From assembly GCA_963736285.1 (NCBI GenBank), contig CAVTOA010000003.1:925558-989557 (forward strand): DNA of 64,000 nucleotides, written 5' to 3'. Below are positions 48,916 through 59,587 of the stretch, one piece after another. The notes under the pieces are model-generated. The model was not told the origin of the DNA, did no database searches, and saw only the letters and a list, made by a program, of their open reading frames with translations. Numbering within the stretch: the first letter of the stretch is position 1; every line of letters starts with the position of its first letter. The stretch comes from an uncultured Acidimicrobiales bacterium (GTDB taxonomy: Bacteria > Actinomycetota > Actinomycetes > Mycobacteriales > QHCE01). A program made the position numbers and the translations under genes.

Positions 48916-49634
48916 GGCATGAACCCCTCTGGCAGAAGTCGGCCTAGCGACCGGACGGCTCGATATTGCAATGCTTTTATCGCGCCATCGTTCTTGTCCA
49001 TTACGTGTGCGGTCTCGCTAACGGACAGCCCTTCTAGGAACCGCAGCACAATGCACTCTTGCTGTTCGGGGTTCAGCTTTTTAATGGCGTCCAGCAAGGT
49101 GGCGTTGGTGAGCTTGTCGAGTACTTCTGCTTCCGGCCGCCCACCGATTCCTTGAGCCTCTTGGTCTTGATCGAGCATGTCCGCGGTGGCTACTTCTAAC
49201 CGGAACCGTCCTGATTTGAAGTGGTCAGCGATGAGGTTGCGGGCGATCGTTACTAGCCATGCCCCTAAGTCGCGTCCCTGCCAGCTCACGCTGCCGATGC
49301 GGCGAAGGGCTCGAAGAAAAGTCTCGCTGGTCAGGTCTTCCGCGAGTGCTTTGGTGCCGACGCGAAAGAAAATGTACTTGTAGACGGTCTCGGCGTAGCA
49401 ATCGTAGATCTCGCCAAACGCTTCCGCGTCGCCTTCTTGTGCTCGGCGGACGACGTCCCAAATGGTGCCGCGTTCCGCCGGCTGGGGGGTGTGTTGGCTG
49501 GGGGGGGTGTCCGAATGAGATGGAGGGTGTGGTGCGGGGGGAGTGTTTACCTTGGGTAAGACCGCGGTGTCCTCGACTGACGGTCTTATTCGTTGTCGTG
49601 GGGATAGGCGTGAACGACCTGTAACGCCCCCCAT
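48912..49634 (-). CDS. ECF-type sigma-70 family RNA polymerase sigma factor with Pro-rich N-terminal extension
   Basis: Region 2 (AEDLTSETFLRAL, WLVTIARNLIADH) and region 4 HTH (LSVSETAHVMDKNDGAIKALQYRAVRSL). Start uncertain (ATG 49634 up to 49841). Confidence 0.85.
   Translation of the reverse strand: MGGVTGRSRLSPRQRIRPSVEDTAVLPKVNTPPAPHPPSHSDTPPSQHTPQPAERGTIWDVVRRAQEGDAEAFGEIYDCYAETVYKYIFFRVGTKALAEDLTSETFLRALRRIGSVSWQGRDLGAWLVTIARNLIADHFKSGRFRLEVATADMLDQDQEAQGIGGRPEAEVLDKLTNATLLDAIKKLNPEQQECIVLRFLEGLSVSETAHVMDKNDGAIKALQYRAVRSLGRLLPEGFMP
49500..49507. repeat. G8/C8 homopolymer inside the sigma-factor coding region
   Basis: Eight consecutive G on the + strand, coding ...DTPPSQ... on the - strand. 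G6 runs at 49484-49489 and 49536-49541. Confidence 0.95.
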
Positions 49635-50202
49635 ACCGCCAACGCTTTCACTACTAGTGGCGGAGCGAGAGTGTGCATATAAGCCGGAGCGATCGAGAAG
49701 GGCTATTCGCAGTACGTGCCGGAGTGAGACAAAGCCACGGGCAACTTGACGTGCGAAACCACCATGCGGCGCAAATGCCGCGAACACCTGTGCTTGCTCT
49801 TCGCACGCGGTGTTAGCTGTACGCACATATGTTGTACTCACGACGCCATCAGGTCGACCACGACCACCACTGCTCCGGGATTGTCCATTGACCGAGGGTG
49901 GTTACACCGGGTGTACCGGAGATAACGGTGAGATCATACGTGCGTTGCGTCACAGCGCTAGGGGTGTGGCGACATTACTTTTGAAAACGACTTAAAATAT
50001 GGCAACTGTAGCCGCTGTTTGTGCTGGTCGATCCAGGTGAGACCTGTTTACGTGATTTAAGACTCCTTCGCGTTGTCGGGCGAGTCCGTGGTTTAACGGT
50101 TGATCGCAGGCACTCCGGTCATATAGCGGATCATACGTCCAATATGGACAGTTCCGCGTATGGCCGCCTACAGCAATATTATCGTCGGAGAGGACGAGCT
50201 CG

Positions 50203-50457
50203 ATGGCAACTGCTATGCGCCAGGTAACTCTGCTATCGCGCCCCGGTTGTCACCTATGCGACGAAGCGCGGATTGTGGTGGCACGGGTCTGTGGTGCCCT
50301 CGATGATGTTTCGTGGTCGGAAGCCAATGTGGACACAGATCGCCTACTTGCTTACGACTATGGTGACCGCGTCCCAGTGGTGCTGGTGGACGGTGTCGAA
50401 CACGGGTTCTGGCGGGTCGACGAGTCACGTCTCATGGCTGAGCTCCAGAGCGAGTGA
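50203..50457 (+). CDS. glutaredoxin-like protein (DUF836, Rv0508-like)
   Basis: RPGCHLCDEA CxxC motif; about 80 aa. Confidence 0.75.
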   Translation: MATAMRQVTLLSRPGCHLCDEARIVVARVCGALDDVSWSEANVDTDRLLAYDYGDRVPVVLVDGVEHGFWRVDESRLMAELQSE

Positions 50458-50494
50458 GTGCGATGAGGCAGTGCATGCGGAAGGAGCGGTGGCA

Positions 50495-51151
50495 ATGACA
50501 GCTCATGTGGTGTGGGACTGGAATGGCACATTGTTTTCCGATGCGGACGCGGTCTTGGCCGCCACCAATGACACTTTCGCTGCCTTTGGGATACCCGCCC
50601 TATCCGCGCAGGAGTACCGGACACTCTTCGTTCGACCGCTCACGCATTTTTACGCCAAGGTTTTCGGCCGTGCACTTACCACAGTGGAGTTTGGACGGCT
50701 AGACGCGTTATTTCATGACCACTACCTCGCACGTAGCCGTGAATCAGCGCTCGATCCAGACGCACTGCCTACGCTCGCCGAATTTGCCGAGCGGGGCACG
50801 ACGCAGTCGCTGCTGTCGTTGTGGACACATCGCGAGTTAACCGAGCTGGTGGAAAAGTTATCCGTGAAACAATATTTCTGCCGGGTAGACGGTCGGCGGG
50901 GGCACAATATGGTGGGCAAAGCAGAGCCGTTAGCCCGCCATCTCACCGCTCTGGGGCTCTCCTGCGCTGACGTGGTGCTCGTCGGCGATTCTTTAGACGA
51001 TGCCGCAGCGGCGAGGTCGGTAGGCACGCGGTGCGTGCTGTTCGACGGCGGTAGCCATGAGCCCGCCGACTTGGTCAACACCGGCTACCCCGTGGTGGCC
51101 TCGCTCCGCGAAACCGTGCGGCTACTCTCCGGTAATGAGGTTGAGGCGTAA
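50495..51151 (+). CDS. HAD-family hydrolase
   Basis: AAGGAG RBS before ATG 50495. VWDWNGTLF motif I variant; VGDSLDD motif IV. Confidence 0.7.
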   Translation: MTAHVVWDWNGTLFSDADAVLAATNDTFAAFGIPALSAQEYRTLFVRPLTHFYAKVFGRALTTVEFGRLDALFHDHYLARSRESALDPDALPTLAEFAERGTTQSLLSLWTHRELTELVEKLSVKQYFCRVDGRRGHNMVGKAEPLARHLTALGLSCADVVLVGDSLDDAAAARSVGTRCVLFDGGSHEPADLVNTGYPVVASLRETVRLLSGNEVEA

Positions 51152-51313
51152 TGCGTGGTATTGGAGTGAAGATCCGCAATTGGAGTGAGCAAATTTTGTG
51201 TGCACGTCGCGAAGAAGCTACCGTGGGGTTCGCTGTTCGGCATTTAGCACACGTTGCCCGCACCAAAAACGTCGGCTTTGCCTGCCCTTTTATCGGTCTT
51301 TCGTTGAGAGTAA

Positions 51314-52780
51314 ATGAACGTCCTCGTTATTGGTATTAACCACCGCACCGCCGCGATCAGTTTGCTGGAGCAAGCCGCGGCGGGTACGAGCGACGCCTCC
51401 AACGTGCTCCGTTCGGCGCTGGCGTGTAGCGATGTCACCGAAGCGGTCGTTTTGTCGACGTGTCACCGGGTGGAGATATACGCAGCGGTCACCACGTTCC
51501 ACGGTGCGTTGAGTGAGCTGGGCGCGGTCCTTGCCTCACATGTAGGAACGTCGCTTCCCGACATCGCCGAACACTTATATGCCTATTACGCCGACGAGGC
51601 CGTCTCACACACGATGCGGGTAGCGTCCGGTTTGGACTCGTTGGTTGTCGGCGAACCACAGATTTTGGGGCAGCTACGAGCGGCCTACACCAAAGCTGTT
51701 CAGTCAGACGCCGCGGGCACGTTGCTCCACGAGCTCATACAGCGCGCGCTGCGCGCGGGTAAAAAAGTGCACGCCACCACCGATATCGATCGTCGCGCTC
51801 CTTCCGTCGTTTCTGCCGCGTTAGAGCTAGCATGGCCAGCCCTACAGCCGACATGTGGCGAATGGTCCGAAGTGGACGCGGTCGTTATTGGCGCCGGGTC
51901 TATCGCGGGGGTGGCCACGGCGGCTTTGCGGCGAGCTGGCGTTACCCGGATAACAGTCGTCAACCGCACATTCAACCGGGCTCAGCAGCTGGTAGAAAGT
52001 GCTGCTCAGGTTGGTCAGGGAGCGCGGTTTTCAGCGCGGCCATGGTCGGCTTTGCCGGAGCTTCTGGCAACGAGTGACCTAGCGATTTGCGGTACTGGCG
52101 CACAGGAACCCGTGCTGACTCTCGAACACTTTGCCCCACCGCTGTCCAGGCCGTTGGTCGTCTGCGACGTCGCCCTGCCGCGTGATACTGATCGTGCCGT
52201 CGATGAGTTGTCAGGTGTCACCGTCATCGATATGGAACAGCTCACGCGGGCATTGGCCACGCAAGACGAGCGGACCGCAGCAGCCGACTTGGGTGATCAG
52301 CGTGATCAGGCGACGCCATCGCTTTCGAGCCCGTCAACGAATGCGGATGTCGACGCGGCGGAACGCATTGTGGCCGAAGAAGCCGCCGAGTTCATCGCGT
52401 GGCAGCAAGCCATGGGAGTGGCGCCGACAGTTGCCGCATTGCGAGCCAGGGCGCAGACGATCGTGGCGGGTGAATTCGCTGCGCTGGATGGCCGTCTGCC
52501 GGCTCTGACAGCAGAGGAACGTTCCGAAGTGGAACGAACTGTGCACCGCATCGTCAACAAACTATTGCACGCACCTACTGTGCGCATGAAAGAACTTGCG
52601 GCCACACCTGGAGGGGACCGATACGCCGACGTTATGCGGGAGCTTTTTTCGCTGGACGAGGGCGCATCCGACGCCGATTCATCAAACAGCACCGCGACGG
52701 TGCCGCCGGCGGGTCAACAAGTACCCGGCTTGGGCGTGATCGGGAGTCAGGTAGTGGCGGCGTTGGAGGCCAACTCATGA
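51314..52780 (+). CDS. hemA: glutamyl-tRNA reductase
   Basis: LSTCHRVEIY catalytic-Cys motif (canonical TCNR; here His replaces Asn), VIGAGSIAG, LLHAPTVRMKE. ATGA overlap with hemC. Confidence 0.9.
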   Translation: MNVLVIGINHRTAAISLLEQAAAGTSDASNVLRSALACSDVTEAVVLSTCHRVEIYAAVTTFHGALSELGAVLASHVGTSLPDIAEHLYAYYADEAVSHTMRVASGLDSLVVGEPQILGQLRAAYTKAVQSDAAGTLLHELIQRALRAGKKVHATTDIDRRAPSVVSAALELAWPALQPTCGEWSEVDAVVIGAGSIAGVATAALRRAGVTRITVVNRTFNRAQQLVESAAQVGQGARFSARPWSALPELLATSDLAICGTGAQEPVLTLEHFAPPLSRPLVVCDVALPRDTDRAVDELSGVTVIDMEQLTRALATQDERTAAADLGDQRDQATPSLSSPSTNADVDAAERIVAEEAAEFIAWQQAMGVAPTVAALRARAQTIVAGEFAALDGRLPALTAEERSEVERTVHRIVNKLLHAPTVRMKELAATPGGDRYADVMRELFSLDEGASDADSSNSTATVPPAGQQVPGLGVIGSQVVAALEANS

Positions 52781-53728
52781 CTTCGGGCAATACCCCATCG
52801 CCATTGCGTCTGGGGACGCGTGGCAGTGCGCTGGCATTAGCGCAGTCACAACAGATCGCTGATGCGATACGTGAGTCCTCTGGCCGCGATGTGGAGCTGG
52901 TGCACGTATCGACCGCAGGCGATCGGTCTAGTGCCCCGATTCCGCAGCTAGCGACGAACCCTGGCGTTTTTGTCTCCGCTCTTCGCGATGCCTTAGCTCG
53001 CTGGTGAGGTCGATATCGCGGTCCACTCCTATAAAGATTTGCCCACCGCGCCTGTACCTGGTGTTTCGCTCGCGGCGGTGCCACTACGGGAAGATCCACG
53101 AGACGTATTGGTGAGCCTCGGGAACGTGCCGCTACGCGAGCTCGCCGCCGGAGCGCGAGTGGGCACGGGCGCACCGCGTCGGGTGGCACAAGTGCTCGCC
53201 GTGCGGCCGGATCTGACCTGCGTTCCCGTGCGTGGCAATGTCGACACTCGGCTAGGTCGCGTTCGCGAAGGCGACCTTGACGGCGTGGTTTTGGCGTATG
53301 CCGGGCTGGCTCGACTCGGCCGGGCCAACGACCTGAGCGAGGCGCTCGACCCGGAGGTCATGCTGCCTGCGCCTGCCCAAGGCGCACTTGCGGTGGAATG
53401 CCGATCATCCGATTCTGAACTTCACGATGTGCTCGCAGCCCTTGACGACCCTCTTACCAGAGTGGCGGTCACGGCTGAGCGAGCGATGCTCTCCACATTG
53501 GAGGCCGGTTGCGCTGCGCCGGTCGGTGCCTATACCGAAGTCTGCGATGTCTTCGGTGAGGCGCATCTTCACCTACACGGAGCGGTGATCGCCACCGATG
53601 GCGGTCGCGCCATTCGGCGCTCGCTCTCCATTCCACTGCACGATGCGGCTTCTCGCTCCGATCAGCTTGGCCAGCGGCTCGCCGCTGAGCTGCTGTCTGC
53701 GGGCGCTGCCGCCCTAATGGGGGTTTAA
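52777..53728 (+). pseudogene. hemC: porphobilinogen deaminase with apparent +1 frameshift
   Basis: Frame 1 ends ...LRDALARW* (TGA 53005-53007). The next frame reads GEVDIAVHSYKDLPTAPVPGVSLAAVPLREDPRDVLV onward to 53728. There is one extra base near 53002. Confidence 0.8.
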
Positions 53729-53733
53729 CTCAC

Positions 53734-55317
53734 ATGACTCGCCGAAAGTCCGTTGGCCGCATCACAATTCTGGGCGCAGGGCCTGGTGATCCCGGCCTGT
53801 TGACGAGCCGTGCGCTGGCCGCACTTGCGACGGCAGAATTGCTCGTTGCTGATCCTGCTTTGCCCGGGCCACTGGTGGACGCCGTCACGGAGTGCCGCAC
53901 CAGCCGAGGCCGAGTTTGTGATGGCCGAAGGTGAACCGAGCGAGGTGGCTAAGGCATTGCTCGCCGGGGCGCGGGCGAGCCGGATGGTAGTTCGGTTGGT
54001 GCACGGCGACCCCTTCACCAACGCAGACGTCATCACAGAGGTGCAGGCGCTAGCCAAGACGACGGTGCCATTCGAGGTACTCCCGGGCATTAGCCATGCG
54101 GCTGGCGTTTCTACTTACGCGGGTACGCCGCTGGGAGAGATCCGCACCATGGTCGATGTCGTCGATGTCGCGGCGATAGATTTCCCGGCGCTAGTGACCG
54201 CGCCAGGTTCGCTAGTTCTTACCGTGACGGCCTCAGAGCTTGCGGCCGTGCGCGACGGCCTACTCAAAGCCGGTATGGACAAAGACATCCAGGTCAGTGT
54301 GACTGGTGAAGGCACGAGTGACATCCAGTCCACCTCGGTGTCGACATTGGATGCCTTGGTCGATGTGGCTGTGGGGCTTTTTGGGCGCCTGGTCGTCACT
54401 ATTGGCGATGCGGTTGCTTTGCGGCCCAAGCTTGGCTGGTGGGAGTCCCGTCCGCTGTTTGGTTGGAAGGTGTTGGTTCCTCGCACCAAGGAACAAGCTG
54501 GTGCGATGAGCGCTGGACTGCGTGAATGGGGCGCCATCCCAACCGAGGTTCCGACCATCGCCGTCGAGCCGCCGCGAACCCCAGCGCAGATGGAGCGCGC
54601 CATCAAGGGCCTCGTCGACGGACGCTATGCCTGGGTGGTGTTTACCTCCGCCAATGCTGTCCGCGCCATTTGGGAAAAGTTTGAGGAACATGGCCTGGAT
54701 GCTCGCCACTTTGGTGGGGTCAAAATCGCTTGCATCGGCGAAGCAACCGCAGACGCGGTCCGCGCCTTCGGTATCCACCCGGAGCTGCTGCCCGAGCATG
54801 AGCAGTCCAGTGTGGGGCTGCTTGAGAGCTTCCCGCCGTTCGACAGCGTGCTGGACCCGATCAACCGCGTGCTGCTGCCACGAGCGGACATCGCCACAGA
54901 GACGCTCGCTGCCGGGCTAGTTGAGCGGGCTGGGAGGTCGACGACGTCACCGCCTACCGCACGGTGCGGGCGGCGCCGCCGCCCGCCGAGATTCGGGACG
55001 CCATCAAGTCGGGCGGGTTCGATGCGGTGCTGTTTACCTCGTCGTCGACGGTGCGCAACTTGGTCGGGATTGCCGGCAAGCCTCACGCCCGTACGGTCAT
55101 CTCCTGCATCGGGCCGAAGACCGCCGAGACCGCCCAAGAGCTGGGGCTGCGGGTGGACGTGCAGCCGGAGAGCGCTGACGTGCCCTCGCTGGTGAGGGTC
55201 TTGGCCGATTACGCGGTGGAGCTCGCGAGAGAAGATGGCCAACATGACGACAAAGCCGCGCCGTGGGCGCGAAGATCCAGGGCCCGACCGCTGGCGCCAC
55301 GGAAGAGCCCTTTCTAG
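53734..55317 (+). pseudogene. hemD: bifunctional uroporphyrinogen-III C-methyltransferase / uroporphyrinogen-III synthase with two apparent frameshifts
   Basis: ILGAGPGDPGLLT start. First break near 53893 (...LVDAVTE / AAPAEAEFVMAEG...). Second break near 54929 in a G-run (...LVER / GWEVDDVTAYRTVRAAPPPAEIRDAIKSGGFDAVLFTSSSTVRNLVG...). Matches remembered Rv0511 across all three frames. Confidence 0.8.
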
Positions 55318-55418
55318 CGCCCAAAGTAGCTAAGAGGCGAGGTTGGTTGGTGGGCTCGGCTTCTGCGGAGTCAGCCAACCAATTTCCGTGATATCGTCTG
55401 CTATCGCGGAGGTGTTTG

Positions 55419-55640
55419 ATGAGTAATGTGCTGGTGCGAGATATCCCGCAAAATGTACTTGCCGCGCTCGATGCGCATGCTGCCCGCTGTGGCATTTCCC
55501 GTAATGAGTACATTCGTCGGCGGCTGGCGCAGGATGTCGCGACTATGTGTGCTCCCGTTTCGGTAGCGGATCTGCGTGGTTTTTCTGCGGCCTTTTCTGA
55601 TTTGGCCGACACGTCAGTGATGAACGAGGCATGGAAGTGA
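55419..55640 (+). CDS. vapB: RHH (FitA/Arc-like) VapB-type antitoxin
   Basis: [46 protein letters not shown]. 3' end overlaps the PIN gene. Confidence 0.7.
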   Translation: MSNVLVRDIPQNVLAALDAHAARCGISRNEYIRRRLAQDVATMCAPVSVADLRGFSAAFSDLADTSVMNEAWK

Positions 55641-56041
55641 GCGACTGGTTGATCGACAAGTCGGCGTTGGTCCGACTGGGTGACAGCTCGGATGCGGCTG
55701 AGTGGGCTAATCGGATAGAGCGTGGGCTAGTGCGGATCGCAACCGTGACGCGGCTTGAGGTCGGCTACTCTGCTCGTTCGGCGTTGCGGGCCCGGGCCGC
55801 TTTTCAAACTCCGCCACTGTCGGTGATGCCGGTGGAGTACGTCACTCCGACCATTGAGGATCGTGCTGTGGAGGTCCAACTGCTGTTAGCGGAGCAGGGT
55901 CAGCATCACGCCCCATCGATCCCTGATTTGATCATTGCCGCGACTGCCGAGCTGGCCGGGATCACGGTTCTTCATGTGGACAAGGACTTCGATCTCATCG
56001 CAGGTCTGACAAGGCAGCCAGTCGAGCGACTGCACATATAG
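55631..56041 (+). CDS. vapC: PIN-domain VapC-type toxin
   Basis: N-terminal LIDKSAL acidic site, later [25 protein letters not shown]; 136 aa. Confidence 0.8.
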   Translation: MEVSDWLIDKSALVRLGDSSDAAEWANRIERGLVRIATVTRLEVGYSARSALRARAAFQTPPLSVMPVEYVTPTIEDRAVEVQLLLAEQGQHHAPSIPDLIIAATAELAGITVLHVDKDFDLIAGLTRQPVERLHI

Positions 56042-56506
56042 ACACGTTGCAAGGCACCCATCGGACAGGAGTCGATGCGCCCTGGCGATGTTGTTTAGAA
56101 GCTGGGCCCCCGGTGTTGGTGCGGTTATGTGAGATTTTCCGCGACCGAAGCCCGATGCAGACTGAATATGACGAGTCAGATGTGGAGCGTCGGATCCGAG
56201 GTATGGGTGCTGAGTGATACGGTGCCAAGCCCGCTACGGTGACGCATACTGGCGCCTATGCGGCATGCGGGCTCGATCCTGTGCGTCCACGGAATGGTTT
56301 GGATGAAGTCCTCTGCCACGGTGGGCACGCACGGTCGGTCGGCCAGGTCTCCCAGGGCGTCGCGCCCGGTTAAAGCTGAGGGAGCGACGGGTCGTAAGTG
56401 GGGTCTTGGTAGAGGTCCGGGTGGCGTCTGAGCAGCGAGGTACGGGCCAATCCACAACAGCTTTGCCAATGTCGGGCGAATTGTCCGAAAACAAGTGGGC
56501 GGCGAG

Positions 56507-59429
56507 CTAGCAGTGGCTCCCGCTCACCGCGACGACCGTGCGCGAGAAGCCCACGATGTCGATGCCATCGTCGCTGACTACGGCCGTAACCGTATCGGCA
56601 TAGGTCTCGCCTAGAGACTTGAACTCTCCACTGGGGTAGGCGGCGCCGGGATGTATGTAGTAGATATAGCCCTCGGTGCTTCACATGAGTTGCCGTCAGC
56701 GTTTTCCGACGAGTTGGAGGCGTGCTCTTTCTCTGTCACGCTGAAGGTGACCACCGAGCTTCCGCCACTTAAGTACACGGCATTCGCATTGCTACCGGCC
56801 GAGAACTGGATCCGCACGAAAATGTGGTTGATCGCGTAGTTGGTGAGGTCGCCCTGGTTCTTTTCGACCAAATCACTGGTGTTCTTGCCAGGCTTGAATT
56901 CCTTGTCATTTTTGCCATTGAGATAGTCGGCATAGCGCTGAGAAAGATTGGAGACAATTATTTGTTGTCGTTGCCGGTCTTCTTGGGACGGCGGCTTAGC
57001 GAACCCATCGCTGTCAGTAGGTATGGGTGTGGTCATCTTGTTGTCGTACTGCACGCCGATCAGGGTCGCTTTCCAGATCTCTTGTGCGGACGTGCGAGCA
57101 AACGCGATAGTGAGGTAGTAGTTGCCGTCGGCATTGTCAGTGACGTGTCCAAATGCGACGAACGTGGCGGGGAACTTATACTGTCGCGCCACCGCGACTC
57201 TGTCGACAGTGAGCGGGAGTTTGTTGACCGCCGGACGATCTTCTTGCTCAAGTCCTAGCTCGCTCGCCTGTTTGGTGGCCGGACCAGCCGTGTGGCTCGC
57301 GTAGCTGTCGTTTTGCACGGTCCCCCAGAATTGAACGAAAACCGTCTTGGCTTCGCTAGGGGTGATGATCTCTTTCGCTTCTGCGCGCGGTGTGGCTTGG
57401 GCGATGACAGCGGTCGCGGTGACGACCGTTGCAACCGCCGCTCCGGCGACGATCTTCAGCGCCGTTCCAAGCTTGCCCACGGTGGACGCGGTGGCGGCGC
57501 TACTGCTGGCAGTTGTGGTGCTCGCACCGGTGGCGCCTACTGCACCACTGCTAGTGACGCCCATGCCAGTCCCGCCGGCAACGGTCGCCCCGGACCCCGT
57601 GCCGACACCTGATGCCACCGCGGTGCCCGGCGCGATACTCGCTCCCGCCGCGGGCGTCGCCGCGGCGCCGGCCGTCGCGCCCGCCCCAGCTCCCGCGCCG
57701 AGGGCCCCGGCGGCCCCAGTCACGCTGGTGAGGATCGCCGATACTGCTCCACTCAAAGCGGAACGAGCGCCCCATTCGGAGCCGTAGGCGGTGATCGCGG
57801 CGTCTTCTAGCGCTGCCAGGAACGCATTGGTGTCGGGGTAGCGCAGCATGGGGTCTTTGACGGTCGCGGTGGCGACGACAGCTGCCAGCGCTGGGTGCAC
57901 ATTGTCGGTGATGGCCAGATCGGGCGGCGGCATGTGGAGATGCGCGTCCAAGGTGGACCGAATGGTGGGGCCGGTAAATATTTTGCGGCCGGTTAGCAGT
58001 TCCGCCAGGATCACCCCGCAGGCGTAAATATCGCTGCGGGGGTTAAGCGGCTGGTCGGTAATTTGCTCGGGGCTCATGTACGACGGCGAGCCCTCAACAT
58101 CGCCCCCGGTCACCGCGCCAGGGCGCACTAGTCCGTAGTCGATCAGCCGAGAGACACCATGGAGGTCCACCAGAATGTTGTCCGGTTTGACGTCCCGGTG
58201 CACCAGGCCATGCTCGTGAATATGGCCGAGCCCATGGAGTGCGCCACGAAGAACCCCAAGCGCTTGCTCGCCGGTCAACCGTCGGTAGGTGCGCAGCAGC
58301 TGTCGAAGCGTGACACCCTCGACAAGTTCCGTGACGATGGTGATTTGGCCTGGTACGGAGAGAAAGTCCAATAGCGGCACACAGTTGGGGTGCGAAAGCC
58401 GCCGCATCAACTCTGCCTCGGCGAAGAAGCGGTGCACGAAATTCATGTCACGGCATAGCTCGGGGCTGAGGACTTTGAGCGCCACGGCCCGACCGTTGAG
58501 CGGGTCAATGGCGCGGAAAGTAGTGCCGCTAGCCCCCTTACCCAGGACCGCTTGTAGCTGGTAACGGCCAATGACGGCGCCGGCAGGCAGCGCCTTATAA
58601 GGACTCTTCGCCACTGTGACGCGGCCACGACGGAACGACAACAGCGTCAGGGCCGCAAATGCGATGGCCACGATCGGCGAGAGCAGATAGCCCCAGCTGT
58701 TAGTGGTGGCGAAGGTGCCGGACTCGTACAGCACAAACGCCTCGCCGAACCCAGCAATCGCTCCTAACAGGAACGCGATCACCGCTTTGGCCGCCCTAGG
58801 CCCACGGCGTCGTCGCGCAACGAAGACCCCCACGACGCTGCCCGCCAGGGCCAGCAAAAAGCCACCTGCGCCGAAGAAGGTCGTGAGCGGATGCCGGGTG
58901 GTTTGCACGGTGAGGCTTAGGTCGCATGTGGAGCTGTGTGCGTCTACGCCGACGCGCCGCACCGCATTGTCGGGTGCGGTGAACGGGCCATTGACGGATC
59001 GCGTTCGAGTTTTGCTGGAGGTCTCGGAAGTCTGAGAGGACTTGCTGGTCGTGACGCCGAGAGTCGTCGTGGTCATGGTCTGGTCGGTGCCGACACTTTT
59101 GGTGGACTCAACCATGACCACTAGGTGACTGCCCGGTTTGACCTGCCAGATGTCTTGGTCTGTGAGGCGAACCGCTTTGGCTTTGCCCGTCACACCTTTT
59201 TTGCTGAGCTCTGCGGCTGCGTCGCGCGCTGACTTGCTGAGGATGCGCTGTAGCCGGTCACCGTGCAACCACCAGTGGTGCCGGCGTTGGCTTGCCCTGC
59301 GAGAGGTAACGAAAGCAGGAGCCCGCCCGCTATGCCGAGCCCAACGGTGAGCCAGCGGCGCCAATGTGGTGACACCGCACGGTTGCGCCTGGACGGAAAA
59401 ATGGCACGGCGGCGGGGATGTGACAGCAC
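56507..59429 (-). pseudogene. Hanks-type Ser/Thr protein kinase with signal peptide / ectodomain / 3 TM / kinase / TM / ectodomain layout; two apparent frameshifts
   Basis: GKGASG...VALKV, HRDVKPDN, DYG and SPE motifs. N-terminal signal-like piece is in ORF 59190-59429 (frame change near 59230). The C-terminal 54 aa (STEGYIYYIHPGAAYPSGEFKSLGETYADTVTAVVSDDGIDIVGFSRTVVAVSGSHC*) lie in another frame with high GC3, ending at TAG 56507 (frame change near 56668). Confidence 0.7.
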
Positions 59430-59587
59430 GAGTTGAGCCTAATCCGTGAGTACTGTGCACATTTGAGTACCCGTGGAATCTGTGGCGCACTGTTATCAAC
59501 CGCGTGGGACAAACCATAACGTCTACCGCATGTAGACCCCTGCGGCTAACTGGCTGCGGGCCAGGTAAAGTCCGCAAGGTGAGAAAT

